From positions 187,429 to 251,428 of the forward strand of contig DASWYC010000002.1 of assembly GCA_036405175.1 (NCBI GenBank): a stretch of DNA of 64,000 bases, given 5' to 3'. The position numbers and the translations under genes are program-made. This DNA is from Minisyncoccota bacterium. Lineage in GTDB: Bacteria > Patescibacteriota > Minisyncoccia > Phycocordibacterales > UBA1006. A model generated the notes under the pieces. That model searched no databases, was not told the DNA's origin, and worked only from the letters and a program-made list of their open reading frames with translations. This document shows positions 25,919 to 35,551 of this stretch, piece after piece; position 1 is the stretch's first letter, and each line of letters begins with the position of its first letter.

Positions 25919-27169
25919 ATGATGAATTTCTTCAAAAAACTTCACCACAAGCGCCAATTGGCGAAGTTTTTTGATTATGCCGCGCATACTCCCATGCGTG
26001 ATGAGGTGATACAAGTAATGGAAGATGAAATCCGTGAGTACGGCAATCCGTCATCAATTCATGGTTATGGAGTAGCTGCTCAGAAAAAGATTGAAGATGC
26101 CCGCACTCGCATTGCAAATATTTTTAAAGTTTCATCTAGTGAGATAATTTTTACCCCAGGAGGAACCGCATCAATCAACTTGGCAATCCAAGGAGTATTG
26201 GGTGCATTCTCTCAACAATTTCCCGATAGAACCCCTCATATTATTACCAGTAATGTTGAGCACTCTGCCGTACGTCAGACCGTACGCAATTTAACGGAGC
26301 TTGGCGTGATAACTTCAACAGAACTGCCCGTAAATGAATTTGGTATAGTAGCTGCTGCGGATGTTATTAGCGCGGTTACCGAAGATACCGTATTAGTAAC
26401 GATGATGATGGTGAACAACGAATACGGAGCAGTCTTTCCGATTCAAGAAATTGGAAAAGCATTATTTGTATATAAAAAAGAAACGAGTGTGCAGTATCCA
26501 CTCTTTCATGTTGATGCATCACAGGCATTTTTACCGTTTGAAATTATTCCGCGATCACTGCATATTGATGTGTTGTCATGTTCAAGTGCAAAAACCTACG
26601 GACCAGCACATGGGGGCGTTTTGTATGCACGCAAGGGAATTAAATTAAGTGAAATTATGTATGGCGGATCGCAAGAACAAAAATTGTGGCCGGGTACACA
26701 ATCGGTGGCAGATATAGTTGCGGCAGTTGCATCGTTTGAGTTAGCTGCTCGTGAACGTGAACAAGAAGTTATGCGCGTGTCAGAATTGCAATCATATGTG
26801 CGCGAGCAATTGCAAAGTTCTTTGGCGCAAGAATTTGGATTACAATTTTCTTTACCTCTTGAAAATGTATCACCATATATTTTGCATGGATACATTGAAG
26901 GAGTTTCAAGTGAGCGTTTATTATTGGAGCTTGATGCGTACGGATATTCAATCAGTGCACAGGCAGCATGTGATTCTGATAAAGAAGGAATTTCAGAAGC
27001 AGTAAAAGCGCTCTGGTCTGCACAAGGAAATAGTTCTTATGAAGGAGACCGTGCCGTATTTAGAATTTCATTTGGATTATATTCAAACAAAAAGGGAATT
27101 GATGGGTTTATCCAAGCGCTCAATAACATCTTAAAGAAGTTTCAGCAAGAACAAGGGTTACTTAAATAA
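25919..27169 (+). CDS. Class V aminotransferase / cysteine desulfurase-like (NifS/IscS family) protein
   Basis: DYAAHTPMRDEV...GNPSSIHGYG...IIFTPGGTASINLAIQG...SCSSAKTYGPAHGGVLYARKG fits the fold-type I PLP cysteine-desulfurase pattern. I did not confirm the catalytic Cys loop. Confidence 0.65.
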   Translation: MMNFFKKLHHKRQLAKFFDYAAHTPMRDEVIQVMEDEIREYGNPSSIHGYGVAAQKKIEDARTRIANIFKVSSSEIIFTPGGTASINLAIQGVLGAFSQQFPDRTPHIITSNVEHSAVRQTVRNLTELGVITSTELPVNEFGIVAAADVISAVTEDTVLVTMMMVNNEYGAVFPIQEIGKALFVYKKETSVQYPLFHVDASQAFLPFEIIPRSLHIDVLSCSSAKTYGPAHGGVLYARKGIKLSEIMYGGSQEQKLWPGTQSVADIVAAVASFELAAREREQEVMRVSELQSYVREQLQSSLAQEFGLQFSLPLENVSPYILHGYIEGVSSERLLLELDAYGYSISAQAACDSDKEGISEAVKALWSAQGNSSYEGDRAVFRISFGLYSNKKGIDGFIQALNNILKKFQQEQGLLK

Positions 27170-27289
27170 AAGCCTCACTAGTAAGACTTTTATTTGCATG
27201 AGGTAATATTGACATTATATAGTATTAGTGATATAATATTTATCTAATCTTTAATAAAATATTCATTCATCTTAAAACATATTTTTCCA

Positions 27290-28252
27290 ATGAAAAATTT
27301 AATTTTCCTAATTGCTTTCTTTGTAAGCACTACAACTTTTGCCCAATATTATTCTGAGACAGCCCCAGACTTTATTACAGTCAAAGGGTCCGCAAGATTT
27401 GGAGATGGCTGGGGTAACTCAAGCTCATTTGGTAAGAAGAGTTTCGCCGCAGGCCTCAACAATACCGTAACTGGTGAAAATTCAATTGCGTGCGGTGTTG
27501 GATTAAATATTCGAACACCTAATCAGGTTGTTCTGGGTACGTATAACATTGCTTACGGCAGTAGCACAAGTGGTACAACTGGCACAGACCCGTTAGTAAT
27601 AATAGGGAATGGCGTTGCCTCATGGGCACCAAGTAATGCCATGGTTATATTGCGGAATGGCAATATCGGTATTGGACCACATACTTGGCCACCAACAGCG
27701 CAATTACACATAGCTTACGACGAGTATAAGAATCCAGATGAAGCTGCCTTCAGAGCTGATGGAAGTACATACAGTACTACTATACATGATGATATGTATG
27801 AAGACGTCAACATCAATGGTGGTAACGATTACTCATTTGTGAACCTCGCCCGACCTGCTGGTCAAAGGGTTGGCATTGGTGCTAATCCCGATAACGGACC
27901 TGAAAAACTTTATGTTAAAGGTCATATGAAGGTCACCGGTTATGTTGGGTCAACCGAAGGGTTTTATATCTATAATACTGAACCCACAACAGGCTCTTTG
28001 GTACCAAATCAAAAAAGTTTCCTACAGAGACTAAATGAGATGGCGGTTGTATCTTATAAGAAAGATTCAGTAGTTGTTAAGCAATATCTCAGTATTAATC
28101 CAGCTGAAACATCAATTGTTAGCAGTGTTGGCAAAACTGAAAAGGCGAAGGACTATATACAAGTAGTAAACACTCTTGTTGGCGCGGTTAAGGAACTTGC
28201 CGAAGGGAACAAGCTACTTAAAGCAGAAATTGAAAAATTAAAAAAGAAGTAA
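27290..28252 (+). CDS. Secreted fibre-like protein with a YadA-head-like/tail-fibre-like repeat region and a C-terminal domain like the endosialidase chaperone (peptidase S74) with a coiled coil
   Basis: The signal peptide is MKNLIFLIAFFVSTTTFAQ. Degenerate S.A.G..N.A.G..S repeats (KKSFAAGLNNTVTGENSIACGVGLN) are present. NAMVILRNGNIGIGP...AQLHIA resembles tail-fibre collar segments. The C-terminus (LNEMAVVSYKKD...LVGAVKELAEGNKLLKAEIEKLKKK) resembles the S74 intramolecular chaperone domain. Confidence 0.5.
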   Translation: MKNLIFLIAFFVSTTTFAQYYSETAPDFITVKGSARFGDGWGNSSSFGKKSFAAGLNNTVTGENSIACGVGLNIRTPNQVVLGTYNIAYGSSTSGTTGTDPLVIIGNGVASWAPSNAMVILRNGNIGIGPHTWPPTAQLHIAYDEYKNPDEAAFRADGSTYSTTIHDDMYEDVNINGGNDYSFVNLARPAGQRVGIGANPDNGPEKLYVKGHMKVTGYVGSTEGFYIYNTEPTTGSLVPNQKSFLQRLNEMAVVSYKKDSVVVKQYLSINPAETSIVSSVGKTEKAKDYIQVVNTLVGAVKELAEGNKLLKAEIEKLKKK

Positions 28253-28271
28253 GATAGTAATCTTTTATGGA

Positions 28272-28305
28272 GAGCCATACGCAATTGGGTGTATGGTTCT
28301 TTTTA
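28272..28305 (+). terminator. Intrinsic terminator
   Basis: gagccatac-gcaattgggt-gtatggttc followed by tttttatt. Confidence 0.6.
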
Positions 28306-28394
28306 TTGACAAGATTACATATATATGGTAATATGTCTTTGAATCATATTACCAATAAAATCATAAATTTCTCACTTTAAATTCAAATAAATCA

Positions 28395-30035
28395 ATGAAA
28401 AAACAACTATTGTTCGCATTACTGTGCACTCTCTCTGTAAGTGCTTTTGCTCAATTTGAAGCATGTCCAGGTCTCATTTGGACAAAGGGTGCCGTTAAAA
28501 TTGGTGCAGAACCTAATTACTATCCTTTGCCAAAAGAGGGAGAATTGCTGCAAGTTCGTGGTAGTGGATACGTAACAGACGACCTCACCGCAACGAGAAT
28601 CTATTCTCAAATGAGTGATAGAGGTGTTCCTGTTAGTAGCCCCTATCCTTCGTTAAATAAAGTATTGAGAATAGGTGTTTTATCAAGTATTGAATTTGGT
28701 AAACTCGTAACTCGACTTAATGGGGCAGATTTAGAAAGAGAATTTCCTAATGGTGTTACTGAAAGGAAGACAGTTGGGAAGTTTTTTAACTACGATGAGA
28801 TGAACGCAGCAGTGATTAACTCAATCCAAGCACTTTATGAAAAGGTTGTTAATCTGGAAGCAGAGAACACAGCTCTTAAATCAAGGGTTGCTAAACTTGA
28901 AAAACAAAATGACCCTTGTCTTAAAGTTACTGCGCGTATTAGTGAGAGTGCTGATAATCCTACATCAAAGACTCTTATTGCCAATAGGTCCACTGCTTCC
29001 TCTGCAATGCTTATTCATGCATTTACTATTAAACCCAAGGATGGAGATGCTGTATTAAAAAACATTCCTGTAAAAATTACCCTTGCCGAAGTGATGGGTG
29101 GAACTCAAACCATCAATTCTTCAGAAGGCTTCGGAGCGTTATTTAATGCAATGGTTGAGTCTGTCTGGGTCGAAGTAAATGGTCACTTTGCTACTGAAGC
29201 TATTGCCTCGATCTCGCACACTTCGACCACAGGTCAAGTTTCAGATGTGGAAGTTAATAGTATTAACTTTGATATCAATGGTAATATAACCATTCCAAAC
29301 GGATCAACCGCTGTGGTTAAAGTTTATGTAAGACTGGCACCAATGCCTGATAATGGAGGCGCTATGAATGCTAACTCAGGAGTAACGATCTCTTCGTCGG
29401 TAAATGGAGACTCAATAGTTCTTGGAACCCCTAATTGCGATGCTATCCCGCCATTCTCAATAACAGGATCATCGACGGGTTATACCCATACTATTCGCAC
29501 CGCGGGTGTTATCTCCGTTATGGGTACTGCCTCCATAGAACCCACTAAGTATATCGAGACAGGCAAAACAAAGTATGTGGTATATACGATTCCGATAACA
29601 CTTACGGCTGTCAGTAAGACTTTCTATGTGGGACAATCGGCTGAATGGGCTACTCGTTCAGGTTCAGGTACTGCTGCTGTTGCATTTGCACTTCAATCAG
29701 CATCTGCGCCCAGTACGGATATAACCAGTCTGGATGAATGCGCTATTACAAATGGGTCAGGTTCTTCAGGGGCAGTTGGGTATATATTTTCGTCACCGCA
29801 GGCCCCTGTGCAAAATCTCGGATATCGTATCGATGAAGGCGTATCGAGAACTTTCATACTCCAGGTGGTGGTAAGTCCGGGTTCAGGTCCTGAAATTCAG
29901 AATGAAGCTCTTCGTGTAGCGCTTAAATCTATTAAATATTACACGAACGATTCGCTTTCGGCTGGTGAGACAATAGATATTGTTCGCATTGTTGAAAATA
30001 ATAGGACTGACTTTGAGCTATATATTGTCAACTAA
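28395..30035 (+). CDS. Secreted protein with an N-terminal segment like the endosialidase chaperone, a coiled coil, and a roughly 350-aa beta-rich C-terminal domain
   Basis: The signal peptide is MKKQLLFALLCTLSVSAFAQ. SDRGVPV...LEREFPNGV...GKFFNYDEMNAAVINSIQALYEKVVNLEAENTALKSRVAKLEKQ parallels the S74 chaperone consensus (GFIAQEV..VFPELV...VNY..L.P.L.EAIKEL...LKA.LEKL). A long Ser/Thr/Gly/Val-rich domain follows. Confidence 0.5.
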   Translation: MKKQLLFALLCTLSVSAFAQFEACPGLIWTKGAVKIGAEPNYYPLPKEGELLQVRGSGYVTDDLTATRIYSQMSDRGVPVSSPYPSLNKVLRIGVLSSIEFGKLVTRLNGADLEREFPNGVTERKTVGKFFNYDEMNAAVINSIQALYEKVVNLEAENTALKSRVAKLEKQNDPCLKVTARISESADNPTSKTLIANRSTASSAMLIHAFTIKPKDGDAVLKNIPVKITLAEVMGGTQTINSSEGFGALFNAMVESVWVEVNGHFATEAIASISHTSTTGQVSDVEVNSINFDINGNITIPNGSTAVVKVYVRLAPMPDNGGAMNANSGVTISSSVNGDSIVLGTPNCDAIPPFSITGSSTGYTHTIRTAGVISVMGTASIEPTKYIETGKTKYVVYTIPITLTAVSKTFYVGQSAEWATRSGSGTAAVAFALQSASAPSTDITSLDECAITNGSGSSGAVGYIFSSPQAPVQNLGYRIDEGVSRTFILQVVVSPGSGPEIQNEALRVALKSIKYYTNDSLSAGETIDIVRIVENNRTDFELYIVN

Positions 30036-30069
30036 CGTTTAAAACTAAAAACAAATTATAAAAGCTAGA

Positions 30070-30105
30070 GAGCCTTTCGCACTAATTGTGAAAGGTTCTT
30101 TTTAT
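30070..30105 (+). terminator. Intrinsic terminator
   Basis: gagcctttcgcac-taatt-gtgaaaggttc followed by tttttatttc. Confidence 0.6.
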
Positions 30106-30172
30106 TTCTCAAAAATCTAGCAAATGAAAACAAAATGAAGCTTTTGACAGTAAAGTAACGCCCGTAGATTTC

Positions 30173-30200
30173 TTGTCAAAAACTTTTGTCATGATATACT
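30173..30200 (+). promoter_or_regulatory. Candidate clpB promoter with TTGTCA direct repeats
   Basis: TTGTCA at 30173-30178, then 16 nt, then an extended -10 TGaTATACT ending at 30200. A second TTGTCA lies at 30186-30191 and an inverted TGACAG at 30155-30160. Confidence 0.35.
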
Positions 30201-30290
30201 GAGTACAACATTTTTCATACCTTGCAAAGAGTTTTAATCATTATTTGGTCGTCAAACTCAGTAATAACGTATGAAAAATAACTATATAAT

Positions 30291-32993
30291 ATGTTTCCAC
30301 CATTTAATCAATTTACCACTCCCGCAAAACAAGCTATTCAAAAAGCGCATGAGCTTGCACTTGAACGTGGTCTTACAGACGTAACCGCACTTCATTTATT
30401 GTGTGCACTCCTTTTGCAGGATGACAGCTTGCCGCTCGCACTTCTTGAAAAATCTGGTGCATCTGCTAATCGTATTTCAGAAACAGTGATTGAAATTGTT
30501 GATGCTCAAGCAAAGGAGGATCAGACTGAGGCAACACTTGATACTAACGTTCAGGTATTTCTTACCCAAGATATGGCACTCACCATTGAACGTGCAGTAA
30601 AAGAAGCAAAAGATTTGAATGAAGAATTTATTGGGACCGAACATCTATTTCTTGCTATTTTTGATGTACCATCAGAAGCACAAATGTTGTTGAATGAGTT
30701 TGGTGTAACAAAAGAATCTGTTACTAAAACTATTAAAGAAGCAAAGATTGAAATGGAAAAAAATAACACCAATGAGGACAAGGCATATAAACTGCTTCAA
30801 AAGTATGCTATCAATCTTACGCAAAAAGCTAAGCAAGAAAAACTCGATCCAGTGATTGGTCGTGATGCAGAAATTATGCGTGTGATTCAGATTCTTTCTC
30901 GTCGTACTAAAAACAATCCAATCTTAATTGGTGAACCGGGTGTTGGAAAGACTGCACTTGTTGAAGGTCTTGCAATTAGAATGGCAAAAAATGATGTACC
31001 AGATTCTTTAAAAGATAAAGAGTTGGTGCTTCTTGATCTTGGAATGTTGATTGCAGGCACTAAGTATCGTGGTGAATTTGAAGAGCGTCTTAAAAAGCTC
31101 ATGAAAGAAGTTGAAAGCTCAGAAGGAAAGGTAATCATGTTTATTGATGAGATTCACACGATTGTTGGCGCAGGAGCATCTGATGGATCAATGGATGCTG
31201 CAAATCTTTTAAAGCCGGCACTTGCACGTGGAGACATTCACACTATTGGTGCAACAACCCTTAATGAGTATCAAAAGTATTTTGAAAAAGATCCAGCATT
31301 GGCACGTCGCTTCCAACCGGTCTATGTTGATGAACCATCAGAAGAAGACGCCATTGCAATCTTGCGTGGACTTAAGCAGAAATATGAAATTTTCCACGGA
31401 GTGCGCATTCATGATGATGCAATCATCTCTGCTGTGACACTTTCTTCTCGCTATATTACCAGCCGATTCCTTCCCGATAAAGCCGTTGATTTGATTGATG
31501 AAGCGGCGGCATCGCTAAAAATCTCTCTCCAAAACAAACCTGCAGAACTTGAAGAGGCTCATAGAAAGATTATGCGTTTTGAAATTGAGCTTGAGGCGCT
31601 TAAGCGTGAAGCAGAAGGTAGTGACGATGATGCTCAAAAAGCACAATCACGCATTGAACATATTAAGTCTGAGATTGCTGATCTTAAATCAGGAACCAAA
31701 GAGCTTGAAGTTAAATGGCTTAACGAGAAGAAGCTCGTAGGGGATGTGGCGACGCTTAAAAAAGAGCTTTCTCATGTGCGTGTTGAAGCAGAGAATGCAG
31801 AAATGCGTGGAGATCTTGCCCATGTTGCAGAGATTCGCTACGGCAAGATCCCACTTCTTGAAAAGAAAATCAATGATCTTCAAACAAAGCTTGGAAAGAT
31901 TCATAAGCAACGTCGTGTGCTGCGTGAAGAAGTTACCGCTGGAGATGTGAGTACGGTAGTATCACGCTGGACCGGAATCCCGACTGATAAATTAGTGGAA
32001 GGTGAATCAGCTCGCTTATCTCATATGGAAGAAGATTTAAAGAAACGTGTAAAAGGACAGGATGAAGCGATTGAAAAAATTTCACACGCTATTCGTCGTT
32101 CACGTGTTGGAATCTCTGACCCAAAACGACCAATTGGAAGCTTTATGTTCCTTGGGCCAACAGGAGTTGGAAAAACCGAGCTCACCAAAGCACTTGCAGA
32201 GTTTTTGTTTAACAAAGATGATGCACTCATCCGTGTAGATATGTCTGAATTTATGGAGCGTCACTCAGTGTCTAAATTGGTTGGCTCTCCACCAGGATAT
32301 GTTGGCTATGAAGAATCTGGAAAGTTTACCGAAGCCGTTCGCCATCGTCCCTACTCAATTGTGCTGTTTGATGAGATTGAAAAAGCACATCCAGATGTGT
32401 TTAACATTCTCTTGCAAGTGCTTGATGATGGACGTCTTACTGATGGAAAAGGCCGTGTGATCAACTTTAAAAATACCGTGATTATTATGACCTCGAACAT
32501 TGGATCACATCATATTCAAAAGATGCAGACACTTGGATTCTCTAATCATGACGACAAGCAAGAATATGAATATGTAAAAGAGAAAGTGATTGACTCGTTG
32601 AAAGATCGATTCAAGCCAGAATTCTTGAATCGTCTTGATGATATTATTGTATTTGATGCGCTGAGCCAAGAGCATATCAATGACATTGTTCGTGCGCAGA
32701 TTGAATTGGTACGCGAACGATTAATTGCACGAGATATTCAAATTCAGTGTACCGATGCTGTGCTTGAATACTTGGGTAAAAAAGGATTTGATAAACAATA
32801 CGGTGCTCGTCCGCTTAAACGCGTTATCCAGAATGAGATCTTGAATAAAATTGCACTCATGATGGTGAATAACCAGGTGACCAGCGGATCAGTTGTATCA
32901 TTTGATATTGATAAAAAAGGCGAATTGGTAATTTCTTCAAAAAAGAAATCGCCAATTAAAAAAATTGCTGAATCAATTCAAGAAGTTCAATAA
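30291..32993 (+). CDS. clpB: ATP-dependent chaperone ClpB (Hsp100, two AAA+ modules with a coiled-coil M-domain)
   Basis: 900 aa. N-domain repeats, Walker [10 protein letters not shown], the long coiled-coil middle domain, and a second Walker [17 protein letters not shown] is near the C-terminus. Confidence 0.95.
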   Translation: MFPPFNQFTTPAKQAIQKAHELALERGLTDVTALHLLCALLLQDDSLPLALLEKSGASANRISETVIEIVDAQAKEDQTEATLDTNVQVFLTQDMALTIERAVKEAKDLNEEFIGTEHLFLAIFDVPSEAQMLLNEFGVTKESVTKTIKEAKIEMEKNNTNEDKAYKLLQKYAINLTQKAKQEKLDPVIGRDAEIMRVIQILSRRTKNNPILIGEPGVGKTALVEGLAIRMAKNDVPDSLKDKELVLLDLGMLIAGTKYRGEFEERLKKLMKEVESSEGKVIMFIDEIHTIVGAGASDGSMDAANLLKPALARGDIHTIGATTLNEYQKYFEKDPALARRFQPVYVDEPSEEDAIAILRGLKQKYEIFHGVRIHDDAIISAVTLSSRYITSRFLPDKAVDLIDEAAASLKISLQNKPAELEEAHRKIMRFEIELEALKREAEGSDDDAQKAQSRIEHIKSEIADLKSGTKELEVKWLNEKKLVGDVATLKKELSHVRVEAENAEMRGDLAHVAEIRYGKIPLLEKKINDLQTKLGKIHKQRRVLREEVTAGDVSTVVSRWTGIPTDKLVEGESARLSHMEEDLKKRVKGQDEAIEKISHAIRRSRVGISDPKRPIGSFMFLGPTGVGKTELTKALAEFLFNKDDALIRVDMSEFMERHSVSKLVGSPPGYVGYEESGKFTEAVRHRPYSIVLFDEIEKAHPDVFNILLQVLDDGRLTDGKGRVINFKNTVIIMTSNIGSHHIQKMQTLGFSNHDDKQEYEYVKEKVIDSLKDRFKPEFLNRLDDIIVFDALSQEHINDIVRAQIELVRERLIARDIQIQCTDAVLEYLGKKGFDKQYGARPLKRVIQNEILNKIALMMVNNQVTSGSVVSFDIDKKGELVISSKKKSPIKKIAESIQEVQ

Positions 32994-33022
32994 AAAAGCC
33001 TCCTGAATAAGGAGGTTTTTTA
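32992..33022. terminator. Bidirectional terminator after clpB
   Basis: aaaaagcctcc-tgaataa-ggaggtttttt. Confidence 0.75.
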
Positions 33023-33047
33023 TGATTACATCTTTAGTTTATTGAGC

Positions 33048-33560
33048 TTATTCAGCGTTTGCTTGTTCGTTGAGGAATTGTTGTAAGTTCGCTCTAAATA
33101 AATGTAAGAAGTTTTCCTCAAACTTTGAAATTTGTGTAAGTGAGAAAGGGTTTCTAAGAAGCTTATTCGCATAACAACAATCAAAAAGATGATTGATGAT
33201 TGATTTTGAAGACTCCTGCAGTCCGGCAACTTTTCGATAAAATAATTGTTTCTCTGAGATTGCATGGTCCAGGATGTTTTCTCGTAAAGACATTGTTGTC
33301 TGTAGTGTTGTTATTCTAAGTTGAAATGCTTGCGTGGGGGTTGCTTGGCGCAGAAAGAGTATTTTGTCTCCATTATTAATTGCTGGTACTTTTTTCGATC
33401 TTGTTAAGAGTGTCCAAACAATAATAAAGTAATCCGCAGGTTGCCCCATTTCATTTAGTAAACGTGATTCATTAGAAGGATTGCTCCGAGCAACTGTTTC
33501 TACGATAAGTCTTTCAAAGAGCGTTAGGGTATTGGTAAGACTTTCTGAACTGATTTTCAT
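33048..33560 (-). CDS. Hypothetical protein (170 aa)
   Basis: ORF with an ATG start. I recognise no family. Confidence 0.45.
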   Translation of the reverse strand: MKISSESLTNTLTLFERLIVETVARSNPSNESRLLNEMGQPADYFIIVWTLLTRSKKVPAINNGDKILFLRQATPTQAFQLRITTLQTTMSLRENILDHAISEKQLFYRKVAGLQESSKSIINHLFDCCYANKLLRNPFSLTQISKFEENFLHLFRANLQQFLNEQANAE

Positions 33561-33694
33561 ATGAGGAAGAAGGTTTTATTGTGTAAAAAGAATGACTTTA
33601 TAATAGTGAAAATCTGAGAAAAGTCAAATAATAGCTGGAAAAGATATGGAAGGTGTGTTATAGTTTTTGTACTGCGAAAGCAGAAAACCACCAT

Positions 33695-33781
33695 GCGTCG
33701 GTGGTAGAGTGGTCAATTACACCTGACTGTAAATCAGGCGCCTATATGGCTTCGTTGGTTCAAGTCCAACCCGGCGCACCA
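33695..33781 (+). tRNA. tRNA-Tyr (anticodon GTA), long variable arm, CCA encoded
   Basis: Acceptor GCGTCGG/CCGGCGC, anticodon stem-loop CCTGA-CTGTAAA-TCAGG, T-arm GTTGG-TTCAAGT-CCAAC, then A-CCA. A hairpin terminator follows. Confidence 0.85.
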
Positions 33782-33784
33782 TCA

Positions 33785-33816
33785 AAATCTCCCGTACGGG
33801 AGATTTTGCATTTTTT
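33785..33816 (+). terminator. Intrinsic terminator after tRNA-Tyr
   Basis: aaatctcccg-tacg-ggagattt followed by tgcatttttt. Confidence 0.7.
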
Positions 33817-33843
33817 AGTATTTATGCTATAGTTATCCCACTT

Positions 33844-34029
33844 ATGTCACAGCTACATTTAGTAACCCTCAAGTCAAAGGAAACCGGAGAATATGTAATG
33901 ACCCGCGTAAACGCTAAGCGTCGTCTTAACTATTCTCAGAAGAACTTTAAGCTTAAGCTTATGAAGTTCTCAAAACTCCTCCGAAAACACGTTCTCTTTG
34001 AGGAAACCAAAAAGATCTTTAAGAAATAA
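33844..34029 (+). CDS. rpmG: 50S ribosomal protein bL33
   Basis: 61 aa. LVTLKSKETGEYVMTRVNAKRR...KLKLMKFSKLLRKHVLFEETKKI aligns with E. coli L33 ([46 protein letters not shown]). It sits between tRNA-Tyr and tRNA-Gly, which is the canonical context. Confidence 0.75.
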   Translation: MSQLHLVTLKSKETGEYVMTRVNAKRRLNYSQKNFKLKLMKFSKLLRKHVLFEETKKIFKK

Positions 34030-34112
34030 TCTTGCTTCGGCAGGATTTTTCTTTTGTATACAAAGAAAGGGTAATTTACGATACGCCTCCAGCATGATAC
34101 TATACATAAATT

Positions 34113-34186
34113 GGGCGATTAGTTTAGTGGTAGAACAGCGGTCTCCAAAACCGCTGGTAGAGGTTCGATTCCTCTATCGCCCGCCA
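34113..34186 (+). tRNA. tRNA-Gly (anticodon TCC), CCA encoded
   Basis: Acceptor GGGCGAT/ATCGCCC, D-arm AGTTTAGTGGTAGAAC, anticodon loop CTCCAAA, T-arm AGAGGTTCGATTCCTCT. Confidence 0.85.
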
Positions 34187-34257
34187 AATATAGCTATTAA
34201 GAAATAATAGAGATCCATATATTTCTTTTTAAAAGTTTCCCGTGTTAAAATTATTAC

Positions 34258-34899
34258 ATGAAAGAATCAATGGAGTTCTATGACTCAAGCACAGAGAGCG
34301 AAGAAAGTATTGAGAATAAAGAGGAGATAAAACCTGAAATAGATTGGAAATCTCCTTCAGCTGATGATCAAATAAAATTCTTTGAAGCACTTAATTCTGC
34401 TGAGAATAATACTGGAGATGTTCATGAGGTGCCAGACTTATTCATTGATGGAAAGTTTAATAAAGAATTATTCGCAGGATTATTGCTTTTTAGAGCTCCA
34501 AAATATGTGTTAGTGGGGAGTGAGAATGCTGAAAAAGTAATTGGCTTTTTTACTCAATTAAATAAAAAGCTTAATAGTCCATTATTGGGATCAACCATTG
34601 AATACTTTAATGAACAAGTACCCTATTTGAATGCAGCTAATAATATTCAAGAAAATGCCTTTGCAAAATTCGAAACGATTAAGAATAAGGCAGGTGAGAT
34701 TGAATGGTTTGAGGGAGATGTGGAGGCTAAGGGTGATGTGTTGGTAGAAGCTAGTAAGGCACAGTCACTGCAAGTAAAAGTTGAAGTATTTTTTACTAAT
34801 CTTGTGAATAGAACTTACGATGCTCTCTGGGATGAGTATTTGGTTAAAAAAGAAGATGATAATAAAAGTCTTAATAGTGAAAGTAAGCTTCTCAATTAA
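34258..34899 (+). CDS. Hypothetical acidic protein (213 aa)
   Basis: ORF with an ATG start. I recognise no family. Confidence 0.45.
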   Translation: MKESMEFYDSSTESEESIENKEEIKPEIDWKSPSADDQIKFFEALNSAENNTGDVHEVPDLFIDGKFNKELFAGLLLFRAPKYVLVGSENAEKVIGFFTQLNKKLNSPLLGSTIEYFNEQVPYLNAANNIQENAFAKFETIKNKAGEIEWFEGDVEAKGDVLVEASKAQSLQVKVEVFFTNLVNRTYDALWDEYLVKKEDDNKSLNSESKLLN

Positions 34900-35131
34900 C
34901 AAAGAGTTGCTTTGGTAAGAAAAACAAAATAAAAAACCTTCCATCAAATGGTCGGTTTTTTGTAATAAGATTCTTATCTGCTTTCCGTAGAAGCTTTGGG
35001 ACAGCGTAACGGTTTTTTCTAACATTTTCTTTTATGATGGCACTTTCAGTTTTAGTGGGCTTGGGGCCTGCTTTTACCTGAAGACTCACAACAAAAATAA
35101 AACCCAGAGCGAAGATAAGTTTCAATTTCAT
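34892..35131 (-). CDS. Possible small secreted protein (about 79 aa), weak call
   Basis: An internal Met gives MKLKLIFALGFIFVVSLQVKA (signal-peptide-like), then a basic segment. It overlaps the end of the previous gene by a few nt. Confidence 0.25.
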   Translation of the reverse strand: MKLKLIFALGFIFVVSLQVKAGPKPTKTESAIIKENVRKNRYAVPKLLRKADKNLITKNRPFDGRFFILFFLPKQLFVN

Positions 35132-35253
35132 GTTATTAAAGTATAGATTGTACCTAAACAGTATATCATATAAATGAGACAAAGTCAAGTCATTGTGGAC
35201 GTAGTACGCAAAGTATTGTATAATAATTTAGAATTTTAAAATCCACAAATTTA

Positions 35254-35517
35254 ATGAAAAATTTAAACAAAAAGATTCTTGTTAGATTTACACTATTTAA
35301 CATTAATCCTGCTAGTGACAAAGTTTTTGAAATAAGAACTGCTGGGATTCTTGAAACCGAACTCAATGAGAATTTCGGAGAAATTATTGTCAAACTGGGG
35401 AATGATCCGCATGTAATTAATCCAAAAAGTATTTCTGTAGAATCGGATGATAAGGTCTATGTGAAATCAAAAGGTGGAATTTACTTGCTGGAAAAGTATC
35501 CTCAGGAATTTTATTAA
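35254..35517 (+). CDS. Hypothetical small protein (87 aa), weak call
   Basis: ORF followed by a hairpin terminator. I recognise no family. Confidence 0.3.
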   Translation: MKNLNKKILVRFTLFNINPASDKVFEIRTAGILETELNENFGEIIVKLGNDPHVINPKSISVESDDKVYVKSKGGIYLLEKYPQEFY

Positions 35518-35521
35518 GATT

Positions 35522-35551
35522 AAATCCCTCATTCTATTGGATGAGGGATTT
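35522..35551. terminator. Bidirectional terminator overlapping the miaA stop
   Basis: aaatccctcat-tctattgg-atgagggattt. Confidence 0.65.

Noticed and set aside
30110-30290. A CIRCE/HrcA operator (TTAGCACTC-N9-GAGTGCTAA) upstream of clpB.
   Set aside because: The inverted repeat is not present. Only TTGTCA-type direct repeats are seen, and these are reported separately as a low-interest finding.
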